Below are positions 30,300 to 32,000 of a stretch of DNA of 32,000 nt, piece after piece; the first letter of the stretch is position 1, and every line of letters starts with the position of its first letter. Both the position numbers and the translations under genes were made by a program. Under the pieces are notes generated by a model. That model was not told the origin of the DNA and did no database searches. It saw only the letters and a program-made list of their open reading frames with translations. Origin of the DNA: Mycobacterium leprae TN (lineage in GTDB: Bacteria; Actinomycetota; Actinomycetes; Mycobacteriales; Mycobacteriaceae); assembly GCF_000195855.1 (NCBI RefSeq), contig NC_002677.1:3000001-3032000 (forward strand), given 5' to 3'.

Positions 30300-31283
30300 A
30301 GTTATCCGCGAGTTTATCGGGCTGCCGGGACCAACCGCTGGGCGCACCGACTCCAGCGGGCACCCGTTCCAAGGGCTGTACTGCCTCGCGGCGGAACGTA
30401 AGCTGAAGGTAACAATAAGGCCACCACCCAAGACGACAGCAACTTCATTTAAGCACTATATTAGGTAGTAGTATATAGGCCACCCACAGCATCGGATTTC
30501 CTGGCTGGAATACCAGGTTCCGGGGTTTTGAAAGCACCTTGCTGTTCGATCACACATTAGTTGACCTCAGGGTCGAGGTACGCTGGCTGCTAGAAGCTCA
30601 TAACGTAGAAACCGTTGTACTGCTAGGCAATTGAGGCATGGGCTACTTTATGCCCACCTACCAGCAGCAAGCGGTAGACCAGAACGTCATTCCGCTAGAA
30701 GGTAGGCAGCCGAACTGATAAAGTTGCTCGTTACCTATGGCTATGTTGCCACCACCGTGTATCCAGGACGCCTGGATGTATGCTGGCGGCGGCGACTAAG
30801 GCGACTCGGTCACCACCGATCCCAACCTGGATCTGTACAGTTCGCAAAGCGGCCCGCAGTGCGCGTCAGGATTTTGCCACTTGCTACTGCTTGGCGCAGA
30901 CCAAGCGACACCATGCCATCACCAACTGGGCCCAGCCGGAGATCAAACGCGTTCGCCCAGCCGGGTTTTCCGATTTGCCGCTCGCTGCGATACGCACTTG
31001 GGCCGACCTACGAATGGTCGACCCCAGCATTAAGTCGACCAAGTGTGCACCCAACCTGTGTTACGCGGACATCCCGGGGAAAGCAAACCGCTCCGCGTAT
31101 GGCATCGCTGCTATCTGCACACTACGCAATTGGCTTAATTGGGTACCCTGTGGATGGCCTCAAGCCCGGGCCGAGCCACACCGGGCCCGCATAACCCGAC
31201 CGGCCTTGGTGATCAACACCAAGGCAGATGCAAGAGTTTGGCCGTTTGACGCACAGCGCACCCACGACGCACGTGAATACTGA
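30300..31283 (+). pseudogene. Alpha/beta-hydrolase pseudogene (Rv0272c-like by position)
   Basis: The nucleophile-elbow region reads VETVVLLGN*GMGYF (compare LVGNSMGG), with TGA at 30632-30634 in place of the Ser codon. The C-terminal block RPALVINTKADARVWPFDAQRTHDA is typical of the strand and loop before the catalytic His. The frames are shifted between the pieces. The 5' limit is approximate. Confidence 0.5.
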
Positions 31284-31507
31284 TTAAGACGCAATACTCG
31301 ATCAATACCAACCACTACATTTACCAACCCAGGCACGCGCAGCGAGCAGGACGACACCATTGCCAACTGGATCAACAAGCAATGGCAGTGAGAGTTCTCG
31401 CCGAGCCACTGGCCAATCCATAATGTCGTTGGTCAACCAAACGACCAACTGTTAGCTTGGAAAGTGCTCAGCCAAAACAAGCCCCGCAGACATGGGAAAG
31501 ACGACCA

Positions 31508-32000
31508 ATGCCATTCGCTATTACTCCTGAGCATCAAAAACTTGTCGATTCGATGCGCTCCCTGTTAGCGCGTGTAGCACCATCCGAGCTGCTGTACAAG
31601 ACGATAGGGTATTCTCCTGGAAAACGTGTGAACACGCCGCCATACTGGCAAACTGCGGCTGAACAAGGGGCTTCAGGGAGTGCATCTGGCCGAATCCGTT
31701 GGCAGTCAAAGTTTCGGCAGGCCATCGTCCTGACCGAATTCGGCTACTGGGCCGATCGTGCCGTAAGCGATCTCCAGCGCGCTGAATCTCGGGATGACGA
31801 AGGGGCCCCCGGACCTCACAGTCGGTATCTAGCTCTGCTGGCCGCCTAGGCCGTCGGAGTGGCGCTCTGGGCAACCGACCCCGCAGCATCAACGTTCGCC
31901 AAGAGATCCGCAAGCAGTTCGGCAAACCGATTGGCCAGTTCCAGGACATCAAACACACATGCGCAGAGCATGCTAGATGATCGTTGACTCCGACCAGGCC
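31508..32000 (+). pseudogene. Acyl-CoA dehydrogenase pseudogene (fadE6-like), 5' part; continues past the window edge
   Basis: The sequence runs MPFAITPEHQKLVDSMRSLLARVAPSELL...TPPYWQTAAEQG, then GLQGVHLAESVGSQSFG appears in the +1 frame, then the original frame returns (AIVLTEFGY). That makes at least two frameshifts within the first 90 codons. Confidence 0.6.

Noticed and set aside
1-32000. Searched for CRISPR arrays, IS or transposase genes, RLEP-type dispersed repeats, toxin-antitoxin pairs or defence-system-like gene clusters in the flanks.
   Set aside because: There are no regularly spaced repeats, no transposase-like translations and no terminal inverted repeats. Nor is there an intact multi-gene cluster other than ESX-3. 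The flanks are explained by decayed orthologues of ordinary metabolic and regulatory genes.

Overview
The window looks like a Mycobacterium leprae-type chromosome segment, meaning a reductively evolved mycobacterium. I infer this from near-colinear similarity to M. tuberculosis proteins as I recall them, and from very heavy pseudogenisation.

The core (9256-24005, minus strand) is a complete and apparently intact ESX-3 type VII secretion locus. Its gene order is canonical: eccA3-eccB3-eccC3-PE5-PPE4-esxG-esxH-espG3-eccD3-mycP3-eccE3. Gene junctions are tight or overlapping. PPE4 is the one visibly damaged member.

Both flanks (209-9255 and 24006-32000) are gene graveyards. The only other convincing coding sequences are a YkuD/L,D-transpeptidase-like exported protein (4590-5246, minus) and a gene start at the left edge (1-208, minus).

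Recognisable pseudogenes on the left flank are a SnoaL/NTF2-like gene, a BluB/nitroreductase-like gene and a sulfatase. On the right flank they are a PPE gene, two TetR-like regulators, a glyoxalase-like gene, an alpha/beta-hydrolase and a fadE-type acyl-CoA dehydrogenase. The right flank follows the M. tuberculosis Rv0280 to Rv0271c order as I remember it.

I found no tRNA, rRNA, CRISPR array, IS element or recognisable dispersed repeat.

I see no evidence for a previously undescribed multi-gene system, because the intact system here is the well-known ESX-3. The points most worth a second look are:
- the decay of PPE4 inside an otherwise intact ESX-3 locus
- a candidate promoter with an overlapping Zur/Fur-like operator upstream of eccA3
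- a possible internal promoter before esxG
- a statistically improbable 22-bp perfect palindrome
- several short tandem duplications and active-site nonsense lesions that record how the flanking genes died

All homology statements come from reading the translations and from memory. No search was run.
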